A stretch of 64,000 bases of DNA, from assembly GCA_965112735.1 (NCBI GenBank), contig OZ218955.1, positions 930,001 to 994,000 on the forward strand, given 5' to 3'. Below are positions 12,101-24,183 of this stretch, piece after piece. The notes under the pieces are model-generated. The model searched no databases. It saw nothing but the letters and a program-made list of their open reading frames with translations, and was not told the origin of the DNA. The stretch comes from Phaeosaccion multiseriatum. Lineage: Eukaryota; Protista; Ochrophyta, other classes. The first letter of the stretch is position 1. Each line of letters opens with the position of its first letter. A program made the position numbers and the translations under genes.

Positions 12101-13797
12101 CATTGAGAGTGTTTCCGAGGAGCTTCACCTCCTCCTCCAAGCAGCGTTGGCGAATGAGACCCGGCTTACAGCTGGCGACCACTACACACCGAATCGGCTG
12201 GAAGTTGAACTGCGAAACACTCAGGAGCAGCTCCATCTCTGCGGTAATGGCCTTGGTGGGCCTGTACAAGAGGACCACCTCTGCCACGCCACAGGCAGGT
12301 ACCACCCCTCTCAAGGGCTCACAGACCTGCAAGTGAGGATGATGCTTGGCGACGACGAGTTCGTATTCGAACACGACAGGCACGGAGTTGCGCAACCGCA
12401 GCACTCTGCGCTGCTGCTCCCCGAGGGGGCAGACCCCAAAGTCAACCCGGGAGGGAAACACGACCTCCTGTGGCTTGACCTTTGTCCCACTGCGCTTGCT
12501 GCCGCTGCTGCCATCCCCCGCCGCTCTGTTAGCGCCGCGTGGGCCTCTCCTCGACGCGAGTGAAGACATGGCCTTTCCAATCTCGCCCCCGCCTCCTCCT
12601 CCCCCTCCTCCTCTTCCTCTTCCTCCTCCTCCTTGGGTTTCTGCTGCCGTCATGGTCGGGTAGGCGTGCAGGGGGACCATGAGGCTCTCTCCCTCGGTGT
12701 GGATGCGAAGGCAGTCATAGTGGTAGCGGTACTCGGTGGGGTAAAAGTCAACCGCCACGGTCTCACAGCTCCCTGTGTTGAGGGTTGGGTGGTGATGAAG
12801 GGGTTGGTGGTGTGAGAGAGGTGGTGGAGGTGGGGTACAGATTCGTCAGCACAGGGGGTGTCAGCACAGAGGCTGTCATGGCGGGTCTCAAGGTATGCAC
12901 GGCCCTCGGTGGGCGTACCCCGCACCCGCCCACAGCTTCATGAGTTCCCTGTTCACGACACGCCAGCTGTGAGGAGGCGCAGTGACACAGAGGGAGATGC
13001 CGAGTGCCGCCACACCCACCTCCCACCTCCCACCTCACCCCTGACCCCTGACTCCTGATACCTGACACCTGATACTTGCTAACCCTAATCCTATACCTGA
13101 TACCCAAGACCTCACCTGGAGCTACCATACCCTTCTTCTCGCAGCGAAAGCGGAAGTACCCGCTGTTGGGCCCACGGGAGTTTGCGGGGCCCAAGATGTG
13201 CAGCCTCTGTGGCTTGGCGGAGATGTTCACGAGCTTAACGTACTTCGTGAGAACCACGGGTGTCGCTGCTGCTGCTCCTCCTCCTCCTCCTCCTGCTGCT
13301 GCTGCTACTGCTGCTGCTTCTCCATCCCTGCCCCCCTCTTCTTCCTCTCCCTCTTCAGCCTGCTGCTGCTGCTGCTGCTGTAGGGTTGTCGTCGCCGCCC
13401 TGACATAGATAGGACACGCAAATACACGTGCATGCACACGGGTACAAGAGAGCAAAGGAACAAGAAATCAGAGAGGTTGTTTCAAGAAAAGAGTCAGCAA
13501 GTCACAACCCTCTACCCCGCCCCCCGCTCAATGCAAGAGGTAGGGCCTTCCCGCCCGTCCAGCAGTACTGCTGCTGCCCTTCGCTCACCCGTTAAGCGAG
13601 CCGATCTCGAGCAAGTAGCCCTCGAAGTGCAGAGCGCTTGGGCGAGCTTCGAAGACAGCGTTGCGGCCTATGCGATCATACTTGACTTGTAGGGACAGAG
13701 AGCTCTCCACCACTTGCGGCACCGGAGCGGGCATCTCCACGAAGGGCACGTCATCGTCAAAGGCCGGTGCCATCGTTGCGGGAAACGTTGCAGCCAT
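3186..13797 (-). CDS. CFAP221: Cilia- and flagella-associated protein 221 (PCDP1), multi-exon; 3' end uncertain
   Basis: Exon translations match my recollection of the CFAP221 family in colinear order: YDRIGRNAVFEARPSALHFEGY; VKLVNISAKPQRLHIL; VDFYPTEYRYHYDCLRIHTEGESLMVPLHAYP; FPSRVDFGVCPLG..VSQFNFQPIRC; AVNYVLTQKEGML; PNWDVYKNDAWDKRR..F..LVGKWIVRR|RAEKRI; LRVHVEANAMGY; ELRVGAFEE. The terminal exon (~3186-3245, via a possible GC donor near 3597) is tentative. Confidence 0.88.
3890..4146. repeat. (GGAA)n microsatellite, CFAP221 intron
   Basis: Direct tandem repeat. Confidence 0.95.
7160..7670. repeat. (GACT/GAGT)n tetranucleotide satellite, CFAP221 intron
   Basis: Begins at the minus-strand donor AAG|GTCAGTCACTCAG. 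Confidence 0.95.
8015..8690. repeat. 24-26 nt minisatellite (CTCACCTCTCTCTCCTTCTATCTCTCC-like), CFAP221 intron
   Basis: About 25 tandem units; explains ORFs 7880..8707 and 7912..9099. Confidence 0.93.
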
Positions 13798-14435
13798 GGC
13801 TCTTTCTCTTTTGCTGAATCAATCAGTCGATCAGGGCAGACAGACAGAGAGGGGCTGCTGCCACAAAGCTCGCCGCCTAGGACGCACTGGCTGACTCTTT
13901 ACACTTCTGCTGGGATGAGGAGGCCGTCCCGCGCGTACGCGCCTTGTCTCTCTTCGTGCAAAGACCTTGGTGGGTGCTTGTGCCCCTCCTTTCGTCGCAC
14001 TTCTCGTTTTTTCGCTTCGCTGTTGCTCTTCTCGCTAGCTGCGGCTACCGCTACTCAATCGTCATGTCCTCGTCGCCAGCAAGCACCAGAATGTCTCTAT
14101 CTCTTCTCATCATTCTCCCTCAAAAAGTTGGGTTTGGCGAATTCCTCTTGTAACGTCTCGACCTCGATTTTTTTGTCGGAAACCTCGATTTTTGATCTCC
14201 ACTTTTTTTTTTTTTTTGATCCTTTGTTTTGTAATACCCTCTCCCTCATCGTGATGATTCAGCGCCTGCCTTGCACGAGAGGACTATTGTGTAAAGCACG
14301 TTGTCAGCGAAAGGCGGGCAAAAGGAGGACGATTCATCGCTTCCGACAGGAAGGAGATGAGATACAGAATAACAGAGTACAGTACTTCTTTTCCTTCTTC
14401 TTCCTCCTCTCCTCGTTCTCATCCTCCCCTCCCTT

Positions 14436-17400
14436 CTACTTCCTCTTCTTCGCCTTCTTCTTATCGCCGGCGAAAAACACGGCCTTCTTCTTCGCAGGCT
14501 GCTTCTTCCTCCCGAGCAGGTTCGCACGTAACCCCCCCTTGCCCTTGCCCTTGCTCTCATCAGCCTCGGTCTCGCTCTCCCCGCTGCTGCTGCTGTCGCT
14601 ATCACTACTGCTGCTGTCGCTCTCCCCCCCGCTGCTTCCCTCGGTGGCAGTGGTGTTGTCGCCTCCCCTCGCATTGCTCACCTTCCCCTTTCCTCTCTTA
14701 CCACCCCCCTTTCCCTCCTCCTTCTCCTCGTCCTTGCCATCGCTGTCGGAGGAGGAAGATCCGTCCCCGTCTGAGTCGTCAGAGTCATCAGAGCTGTCTG
14801 AGGAATCATCATCATCATCATCATCATCTTCGTCGCCATTTGTTGTGGCACTCCCTCTAGACTCCCCCCTCGGGTTTTCGTCTTGTTCATCTTCATTCGA
14901 TCCGGATGAAGATGATGCTCCACTTCCTTCTTCCGAGGACTCATCCTCACTGTCACCATCAATATCACTATCATCATCATCGTCGTCGTCGTCATCGTCG
15001 TCGTCGTCGTCGCCCTCGCTACCGTCTTCGCTTCCACTACCATCCGAAGAACCACTGCCACTCCCACTACCACTGCTAACACTCCCTTTGCCGCTGGTCT
15101 GACTGCTCCCACCATCCCCCAAGGTGTTGCTTCCAATACTCCCGCTGCTCCCGGTGCTCCTCCCAATGTCCGTAAAGTCATTAATCCCGCGATCCCGCTG
15201 CTGCCTCTTCCTACCACCACTTGTGCTACTCCCACCAACACTGCTTTCGTCTTCACTCTCCTCCTCCGAAGTAATGTCACCCTCTGCCAACTGTTGACTG
15301 GATGCGACGCTCTGTGCCACCGCCTCGGATTTGAAGTCTCTGCGGGCCTTTCTAATGATCTCCGCGTCTCGTGCTCGCTTTGGACATTTTGATGGGGTGG
15401 GTAGAGGGTAGGGTAGGGTAGGGTATGGTATGGTAGGGGAGGGGGAGGGGAGGGGAGGGGAGGGGAGAGGAGGGGAGGGGAGGGGAGGGGAGGGGAGGGG
15501 AGGGAAGAGGAGGGGAGCGGAGAGGAGGGGAGGGGAGGGGAGAGGAGAGGAGGGGAGGGGAGAGGACGGGAGGGGAGAGGAGGGGAGGGGAAGGGAGGGG
15601 AGGGGAGGGGAGACGGTCATTGACATTGGAAGCACGTAAAGCACTGAAGAGCTTCTCCCCCGTCCCATCCACTGCCACCTCATCCCATCCTCTCCTCTCC
15701 TCCCCCCTCTCCCTCCCTCCCTCCCTCCCTCCCCCTCCCCCACTTACCCGCCTCGCCTCCATCCGTTGCTCCTTGCGCACCCTCTTGCCCGCCTTCTCCA
15801 CCCACCCCTTGATCCTCAAGAGCTGCTTTATGTCGGCATGATCCAACATACTTACACAGTCATAGTCGTACAGGTTGTCGGCAAAGGCGTGTATATCACC
15901 ATCCCGCATACGGTCCATCATATCAGAGAGGAAGAGACGCTCTCGACTGTCTCGAAAGGAGTAATCAGCCTTGGCGAACGCGTCCATGCGGGCGTGGGCC
16001 TTGTCTTCCAGCTGGTAGGGGGGGGGGAGGGGGAAGGGAGGGAGGGAGGGAGGGAGGGAGGGAGGGAGGGAGGGAGGGAGGGAGGGAGGGAGGGAGGGAG
16101 GGAGGGAGGGAGGGAGGGAGGGAGGGAGGGAGGGAGGGAGGGAGGGAGGGAGGGGTCGAGGGAGGGGTCGAGGGAGGGGTCGAGGGAGTGAGGGGTGAGG
16201 GGTGAGGGGTGAGGTGGGGTGAGTCTTCCAGCTGTTGTGCCAGGGGGAACAGGGTCAGCGTCAGGATATAATGTCCTCCCCCCACCCTTCCCCCTCTCCT
16301 CACGCGTTCACTCACCCCCTCCACGAGCCAGCACAGCACGGCCTTGAAGAAGTGTCCCTTGGCGTTGAATTTGAGCAGGTTGTAATCCAGGCAGTGCAGA
16401 GCAACATGCTCATGCATGTCTGCGGCTTCCTCGAATCGCCGCTGAGAGGCTGTGAGTGAGGTGAGCAACAGCAGCAGTAGTTGGCAGTACAGAAGCAGCA
16501 GCAGCAGCAGCAGCAGTTGGTGTTTTGTGGGAATACCACTTGTCACACATGCACACACGCACGCACGCACGAACGCACACACGCACGCACGAACGCACAC
16601 GCGCACGCACACACGCACACACCTGCCAAGCTTGCGATCTTGGTGAGCACCCGGTCTGCGTGTCGATCCATGTTGGTGTTGGCACGGAATAGGTAAGACG
16701 CCCTCTGCACGTGTTGTGTGTGGATAGGGTCAGCGTCAGGGTGAGGGTGAGGGTGAGGGTGAGGGTAAGGGTGAGGATGAGGGTGAGGGAGAGAGCGAGA
16801 GTGAGGGGGTGCGGGTGAGGGCGAGGGTGAGGTGGGGGTGAGGTTCAGGTCAGGGTCAGGGTGAGGCGGATGACCAACAGCTCTAGTGCCTTACCGCGTA
16901 CTGCGTCATGGCCTCTGCGATGTTGTTGTTCTGCTCAAAGAGAGCGGCCACTGCAGAGGTATATGGGCGAAGGTTAGAGGTACATGGGTAGGACAGGACA
17001 AGGTACGGCAGGGCAGGGCAGTCGCACAGCTTATACGGGGCAGGCATCACCGACCGCCGACCGCCAATCACGGAGGTGATAGAAGGAAAGAGGGGGTTGT
17101 TAGAGATGGAGAGAGAGGAGAGGCAGGCAGACAGACAGAGAGAGAGGGAGAGAGGGAGGGAGAGAGACGTAGAGAAAGAGGGGGGGCGGGGTGGAAGAGA
17201 GCTAAGCCCTCCGTACCTTGAATCTGCAGCCGCGCGGCGGTGGCAAAGCGCTTGACCTGCGAATAGCAATTGACGCTACGCTGGAGGCACCCAATCGTCT
17301 CCTGCGGGTCATCCTTGGTGAAGCAGAGAGCCGCTTCGTGGTAAAATACAGCCTGTAATATCACCAGGAAGAGAGTGGTTGGGGGGGGGGTGAGGGAGGG

Positions 17401-18457
17401 AGGGAGGGAGGGAGGGGTGCAGGGAGGAGGGGGACGAATGATATTGACATGGGTGTGAGTGATACACCATTCAGGGAGCGGCACTTCCTGGGTGACATTG
17501 CAGAAGCCTCCCTCCAATGCACACACGCACACACAAACACACATATATTCCTCTCTTTAGACTGCCATCTCAGACTCACCGCTTCATGGGCGTGCTTGAG
17601 CTTGGCTTCAAACACGCCGCATTCTTTGTAGCACTTGCCAGCGTCGAGGACTGATACAGGGGGATGATGATGACCAAGGAGGGATAGGGTTGAAGCGGCG
17701 CAGAGGGAGGGGGAGGAGAGGGATGGGGGGGGGGGGGGTATCAGGAGTGAGCAATGACGTCTGTGTGACTAGTGAGCATCTCGTCCTGCCAAGCCACTTG
17801 CTGAGCTGCCGGCTTTGCGGTGCTTTGCTCTGCTCTGCTCTGCTCTGCTCTGATGTGCTCTGCTATACTCTGCTGTGCATTGCTCTGCTGTGTACATTGG
17901 TCTGCTGTTTTGCCTTTGCTTTGCGCTTTGCGCACAAGCTCGCTCGTAGTATACGCACATCGCTTGGCGATCCTGAAGTTGATGGCTGCCTTCTCCATAC
18001 AGATGCAGGCATCGACATACTTGTACTTGGTCAGGTTGTCGGTGTAGAAGCGACGCTGGGCCTTTTCCGCCTGGATAGGAGGGCGAAAGGGTGTGTGGGT
18101 TTGTCCAGGGTGGGTTTACCCAGGCAACAACATCGTTGGGGTGAGAGAGGGAGAAAGGGGGAAGGGGGAGAAGGGACTGCGAGTAGGGGGCAGGGAGAAA
18201 CGCGAGAGAGTGCAATAGCTTCTCCGGACGTGGTAGGGACATGGAAATGATGGGCTCTCGCCCGTGTGGGTGGGATGAAGGGTCGTCAGGGATCTGAGTC
18301 CTAACCACCGTACTGTCGGGCAAAGTCTTTTCTCCGGACAGTACATCTAGCCCTTTGATGCAAGCCTCCAACAAGGATATAGGAGGGGCGAAAGTAAACA
18401 CAGGACTACGATTAAGGGATGGTCAAAGATCCCGTCAAGTCGTGTGGGTGGAGCCAT
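14436..18457 (-). CDS. Divergent alpha-SNAP (NSF attachment protein)-like protein with N-terminal extension and long Ser/Asp/Gly/Lys-rich tail
   Basis: SNAP motifs in order: YVDACICMEKAAINFRIAKR; AGKCYKECG; FYHEAALCFTKDDPQETIGCLQRSVNCYSQVKRFATAAR; RFEEAADMHEHVALHCLDYNLLKFNAKGHFFKAVLCWL; DYSFRDSRERLFL..DIHAFADNLYDYDCVSMLD..LLRIK. Last exon ~14436-15378 is low complexity. First-exon structure is ambiguous. Confidence 0.8.
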
Positions 18458-18772
18458 CCCTGCCACTCTGTTGTCTCTCGCTTTGTTCCCTCCCTGCCTC
18501 TGTACTATACACATGGCTTGCACGAACCTGTATAACCCACTTCCTGGCTTTCTCGTGATACTGATGCACAAGGTGGTCGGCCATCACCTCCCACCCTTCC
18601 CTTGTGCCCCTCTACGGGGCGTGTCTACGATGATGATACGATCTGTTACAGGCATGGCTGTTGGTTCTCCATTTCGGCTTAACGGATAGCCCCCCCCGAT
18701 CCCTCCCCTCCTCCTCCTCCTCCTCCTCCTCCTCCTCCGATTATCAGCCTCCAGCACAAAGGAGCGTCCTAC

Positions 18773-21700
18773 ATGAGCCCTGCTCAGGGTAACAAGCTGA
18801 CAAAGAAGAAGAAGCGAGGGAAGGACCCTAACCTCGCCTGGACCAAAATTGTGGTAAGAAGGGCTGGGGGAGATCTTTCCTTCATCTTCTAAACTTATGC
18901 TGCTCTATCCCTTTCTGACGCTTCGTGGTTTCTGGACCAGTGAAGTCATATGTCTCCTTCTCCTTCCTGACGTGTCGTGGCCCTTCTCTTTCTTCCTCCT
19001 CCTCTTTCTCCTCCTTCCCCCCCTGGCCTGGGCCACCACGAAACAAACAACGCAGGACGAGAGTACCTCTGAAGAGTATTACTACAATGAACTGTCGGGA
19101 GAATCTGCTTGGGAGCTTCCGGAGGGTGCTTGTCTAAAGGGTCAGGCTGTCTACAGCGATAAGGATGTGGACTGGGAAGAGGAGGTGAGGATTTAAGGGG
19201 GAGAGACAACCCTTCCAAAGAAAATACTCCACCTCCTTCACCTCTATCTGTGGGTCCTATCTATTCACCCCGCTCACGCTCTCGCTTCTCGCTTCCCCGC
19301 CACCCCACACTCCCATCTTCGCCTCGTTGCCCGTCCACCTCCGCTTTCCTTCACCTCCCCTGCACCTTGCCCCCCACCACTCCCATTTCTCTCCTCTTTA
19401 GCTCTTCCTTGCCCTTCCTTCCCTTCCATGAATCACACTCCCCTCCTCCCCTCCCTTCCATCGATCTCACTTCCCTCCTCGCCTCCTCCCCTCCTCCCCC
19501 CCTTTCCTTCTCTCCACTAGATGCTGAGCGCCTTCACATGTCCGACGGTCGTAACCGACGCCCTCGGCCTTCGAGGCAGTGCTCTCATTTGGCCCCCGCA
19601 GCTGGATGGACAGGTGACAACCGACTGAGCACGCATTTACCACCCATTCACTCACTCACTCACCCATTCACTCACTCACTCACTCACTCACTCACTCACT
19701 CACTCACTCACTCACTCACTCACTCACTCACTCACTCACTCACTCACTCACTCACTCACTCACTCACTCACTCACTCGCTCACTCACTCACTCACCCATT
19801 CACTCACTCACTCACTCACCCATTCACTCACTCACTCGGGTGAGGCTTGCTTCTCTTGTGCCCTCCGCTTCCCTCTCACTCACCCCCGCCCCCCATCCAC
19901 TGCCATCCACTGCAATCAACTGCCATCCACTGCCATCCAGCCGTCCCGTCTTCAACGCTGGAACGCCTTGCAAGCGGACGATCCCTACCGACAGTGCTTC
20001 ACCAGGGAAGACTGTCCGGGCTTTCGAGCCCTGCCCTCCGCCCGGACAAAGATGAAGAGAGCTGGGGGAGGAGGAGGAGCAGCAGGAGGAGGAGGACTAG
20101 GAAGGGGATTCGGCAACAGCAACGGTCCCGTGGCGACAAGAGCGGCGGCCACAGCGGCAGCGGCGGCGGAGGCTGAGGCGGCAAAGGCGAAAAAGAGACT
20201 CGAAAAGGCCAAGAGAGCTGCCACGGTTGACGCGGGTCTTTCTGTAACCACCTCGGCCTCTTCCTCCTCCTCCTCCTCCTCTTCATCGTCCAGCTCCAGG
20301 GGAGGAGGGTTTTCTGGTCTGGCTAGCTTCTACCCAGGGAAGGTGTTTTATGTGTTCGCGAAGCCTGTGGCGCATACGGAGCGGTACTGGGTTGAAGCTG
20401 CAGAGGTAAGGAGGGAGGGGAGGAAGGGAGGACGAGTGAAGCTGCAGAGGTAAGGAGGGAGGGGAGGAAGGGAGGACAAGTGAAGCTGTAGAGGTAAGGA
20501 GGGAGGGGAGGAAGGGAGGACGCGGGTGAGTGAGTGGTTGACGAACTGCCGCCTACCGTGTCTGCGTGTGTGAGAGAGAGTGCGTATTATGTTTAGTTTG
20601 TATGTGCCTGTCTGCGTGTGTGTAGGGCGTTGTGTGTTTTTATATGTGTGTGTGCCTGTCTCTTTCTCTGTCTCCTCTCTCTCTGTGTGTGTGTGTGTCC
20701 ACTAAACATGTTTTGTGGTCACCCCAACCCCCGCATCATCTGTATGCTTCCTCTCTTCCTGTTGTTTTGGATTCTGTCTGCATGCAGGCACCGTTCCGCA
20801 CCCGACTACAGAAGAACGGCCTTCGCTTCTCAAGAGACATCAGCTCCTGGAGAGGCGTTCCCAAGCAGAGGCCCCTGCCGCAAGACCCGCAGGCGAAGGC
20901 TCTGGCTAAGCACCAGGGTCAGGGTCAGGGTCAGGATCAAGGTCAGGGTCAGGCCCAGGGTCAGGGTCAGGGTCAGGGTCAGATTCATCCGGTTGGCGAC
21001 GACGATGACGGATCGGAGGAAGAGTGCTTCTACGCTTACCCCATCCCCACGCAAGGCGCCACGTCACACTTCGTAGTAAGTCAGGGAAAAGGGGGTAGGG
21101 GAGAAGGCCATAGAGCAAGAGGGGAGAGGGGGGGCGAGAGGGGAGAAAGGAGAGGGACGAGAGGAGAGGGGAGAGGGGGGGAGAGGGGGGAGAAGGGAGA
21201 GCGAAGAGAGGAGAAGGGAGAGGGGAGAGGCGGAGAGACGGGGGGAAGAGAGGGGAGAAGGGAGAGGGGAGAGGGCGGGGCCATCGGCCGGAAGCAGAAT
21301 ACGCTAAATCACACGAGTAAGTGCGCTCGCTCGCTGCTGGCGTGCCCGTACCAGCTACCAGCACCAACCCGCTCCTCCACCCCCATGATCCTCAACAGAA
21401 CTGGACCTCTGGGCCTGACCGTTACACCATCACCACGACCTTCAATCAGGAGTGGGGCTGGGCAAGGCTCTACTCCTTCTTCGGGTAAGGGACTGTATAC
21501 ATCATCTGTATACATCATCTGTATACATCATCGAGTTGGCTGGTTGCCTCTACACACAAAGCGCTCCTAAAGAGCAAATTCAATTGACTTACACCCAATC
21601 CTTGACTTATGCAGGTACGAGGCGTCCAAGTACCATCTGTGCGAGAGAGCCGACCCCCCTGTGTGCTACCAACTCTTCAAGGGACCCTACCTGCCCAAGG

Positions 21701-22349
21701 AGAGGGGCTGGAAATGTCTCTTTGCCTTCTACGCCTTCGACGCGCCCGTACCAGGGAGTAACGCGTGAGTTGTCCGTCCGTGTGTCCATCTGTGTGTTGT
21801 CAGTCCGTGTGTCCATCTGTGAGTTGTCCGTCCGTGTGTCCATCTGTGTGTTGTCCGTGAGTGTGTCCATCTGGGATTTGTCAGTCCGTGTGTCCATCTG
21901 TCGGTCTATCTCTCTGTCCCACCTATCTGGACAGCCTTGTCTAACTCTTCCGAGAGAGCAGTTGAGCATTTGTTTGCGGCACATAACTGTATCTCCATTC
22001 CACCTCCACTCCACTCGTCACTCGCCACCCCTCTCCCCTCCCCCTTCCCTCTCCCCTCCCCTCCCTCTCCAGCTACCACGTCGAAAGCAAAGACGAGCCC
22101 TTCCCTCGACTCCGAGTCGGCATGGAGCCCTCCTCCCAATGGGAACCCCACGTCATCTTCCATGCCTTCGACATACCCCTACCGGGCACCGCCAAGTTCA
22201 ACGTGCACCTCTGTGTTCGCTCAATCGTGAGCAGGAGGGACGACCAAGTAGAGCAATACCGCATCTATTTGAAGGACCCCGTCGCCATGTGGGATTACAA
22301 ACTCAGCTTTTACGCCTTCCCAACGGATGTAGTGCGTCTGGAGCCTTGA
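18773..22349 (+). CDS. Uncharacterised protein (~520 aa): N-terminal WW domain plus 5-6 aromatic beta-rich repeats
   Basis: Exons ~18773-18853, 19056-19183, 19521-19613, 19941-20405, 20788-21075, 21399-21484, 21615-21765, 22073-22349 join in frame. WW motif AWTKIV|DESTSEEYYYNELSGESAWELP; repeated F(Y/H)AF..P.PG units. Confidence 0.78.
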
Positions 22350-23170
22350 TTCTAGAGCCTTGGACCTTTGAGGTTTGAGCTTTGACGGCAGCAGATGGCA
22401 GCAGATGGCAACAGATGGCAGATTCTAGAGCCCCGGACCTCTTGAGGCTTGGAGGCTTTGTACGGAGGAGCCTAGCCACCTCCTAGCCACCTCCTGCCCC
22501 GCATCGAAGTAGTTGGGGGTTCATCTGGAGCTGTGAGCTTTGAGCTTTGATGGCAGCAGGTGGCAGCAGATGGCAGCAGATGGCAGCAGAGGGAATGATC
22601 GAATAACCAACGCTGGAGCCGGCCTGCTCACGCTCACTGCGCCGCTTGGCCGCTGGGCCGTATGCGCGGAGTAAGGAGCTCGACGCCGGACCGTACGCCG
22701 TATGTGGCCGTATCCACGGGATGGTTACACGCCGGACAGTATTGAACGGGGTAGCTCGATGCCGGACCGTATTCACGGGGAACGTATTCACGCGGTGGCT
22801 TGACGCTGGAGCGTATGGATGGGATAGCTCGACGCCGGACCTTATTCTCAACCCCTGACACGCTATTGAGCTATCGCTATTGCCGACGCCAGCCGGCACG
22901 CATTGTCTTTTCTTGCTGAGCTATCGGCGACAGCCAAAGAGGGAGAGGAGATGATTAATCAAGGGGGTACCTTTACCCTAAACCGTATGGGTAGGATAAC
23001 TTGACCGACGCTGGACCGTACTTAGGGGGGCCGTATTCACGGGGTAGCTTGACGCTGTTGAGCGTTTGAATGGGATAGCTCGACGCCGGACCGCATTGAC
23101 GCTTGAGCGCATTCACAAGGAGAAGTCGGGAGGCTTGAAGCTGGAGCGTATGGATGGGATAGCGCGACGC
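22345..23170. repeat. Intergenic complex degenerate direct repeats (GATAGCTCGACGCCGGACC, GTATTCACGGG, GCAGATGGCA units); possible transposon relic
   Basis: AGCTCGA(C/T)GCCGGACC at ~22677, 22753, 22826, 23077; GCTGGAGCGTATGGATGGGATAGC at ~22805 and ~23140. Confidence 0.6.
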
Positions 23171-24183
23171 TGTGCATGGCCTCGTATCGAGGACTCTTAC
23201 CGTACTTTCTCGGGAGCTGCTGCGACTCTCCTGCACTGCTCATGGCAAGTGTGTCTTTACGTGTGTCGGGCCTCGTGACGTGGTGGTGAGGTGGTGAGGT
23301 GGTGAGGTCATTCTTCAGGAAAGGGACAAGAGGAGACTTGAGGCCCCTACCGTAAGCCCAGAGACACGCCTGCCAAGGGCGAAGAAGGCAAGCTCTGCCG
23401 CTCTCTGCCGCCCTCTGAGAGAGATTGAGAGAGAGAGAGTGAGAGAGATTGAGAGAGAGAAAGAGAGTGAGAGAGAAGGTGAGAGGAAAGGGGGGGTAAT
23501 AGAACGCAAGCCCTGCCGCTCCCCGGGGGGGCTCTCATATACTGAAACCACCGACCATTTTTGTCCACAAGGGCTGTTTGACTCTCTCCTGTGCTGTATC
23601 ACGAACTGCCGCATATCCCTGCTGCTGCTATGCTCTGGCCAGCACGTTCAGTGTAGAGGAATGGACCGATTGCGAGAGGGAGGAGGGAGGGAGGGAGGGG
23701 CGGGGATGGCAGTGGATGCCTTCGAAGCGTGCGAAATCAGACTCTGCTACAGACAACTGTGATTGATGTGCCCGACAGCTCTTTTTACAGTGCACATGCA
23801 GCCAGTTCCGCCTACTCAACCATACTAACAGGTGGTTGGGTACGTACGTAGCTATGTAGGTGGGAAGGAAGGTAGAGAGGTCCCTGGTTGACCAGCTGAG
23901 GCTGTAGCTGCTAGTCACTTGCACTTTTCAAGGTCGTGCATACCGCTTCCTCCTCCCCTTGGAAAGCTCCACCTCTCTCCAGCTCTCTCTCTCTCTGTGT
24001 GTGTGTGTGTGCGCGTGTGTCTATCTCTCCCCGTCTCTCTCCGTCTGATCCTCTCTCTCCCTCCCCCCCCTCTCTCTCCCTGTCTCTCGTTATGTCCAGT
24101 GTCTCTCCCGTTCTCTCTCTCTTGCAAGTTTGTACAATGTACAGGACCTCCCTCCGTTCATGCAGGCGTCACCGTACGTAATT

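Noticed and set aside
13714-15102. 462-aa plus-strand ORF
   Set aside because: Antisense shadow of the low-complexity tail exon of the SNAP-like gene; no domain.
18116-18571. Stop-codon readthrough or recoding at TAG 18347 joining two in-frame ORFs
   Set aside because: The downstream frame is not protein-like; a shifted frame reads better. All other genes use the standard code.
23300-24180. Possible small gene between the repeat block and the TDP2 stop
   Set aside because: No consistent exon chain or recognisable motif; probably UTR or intergenic.
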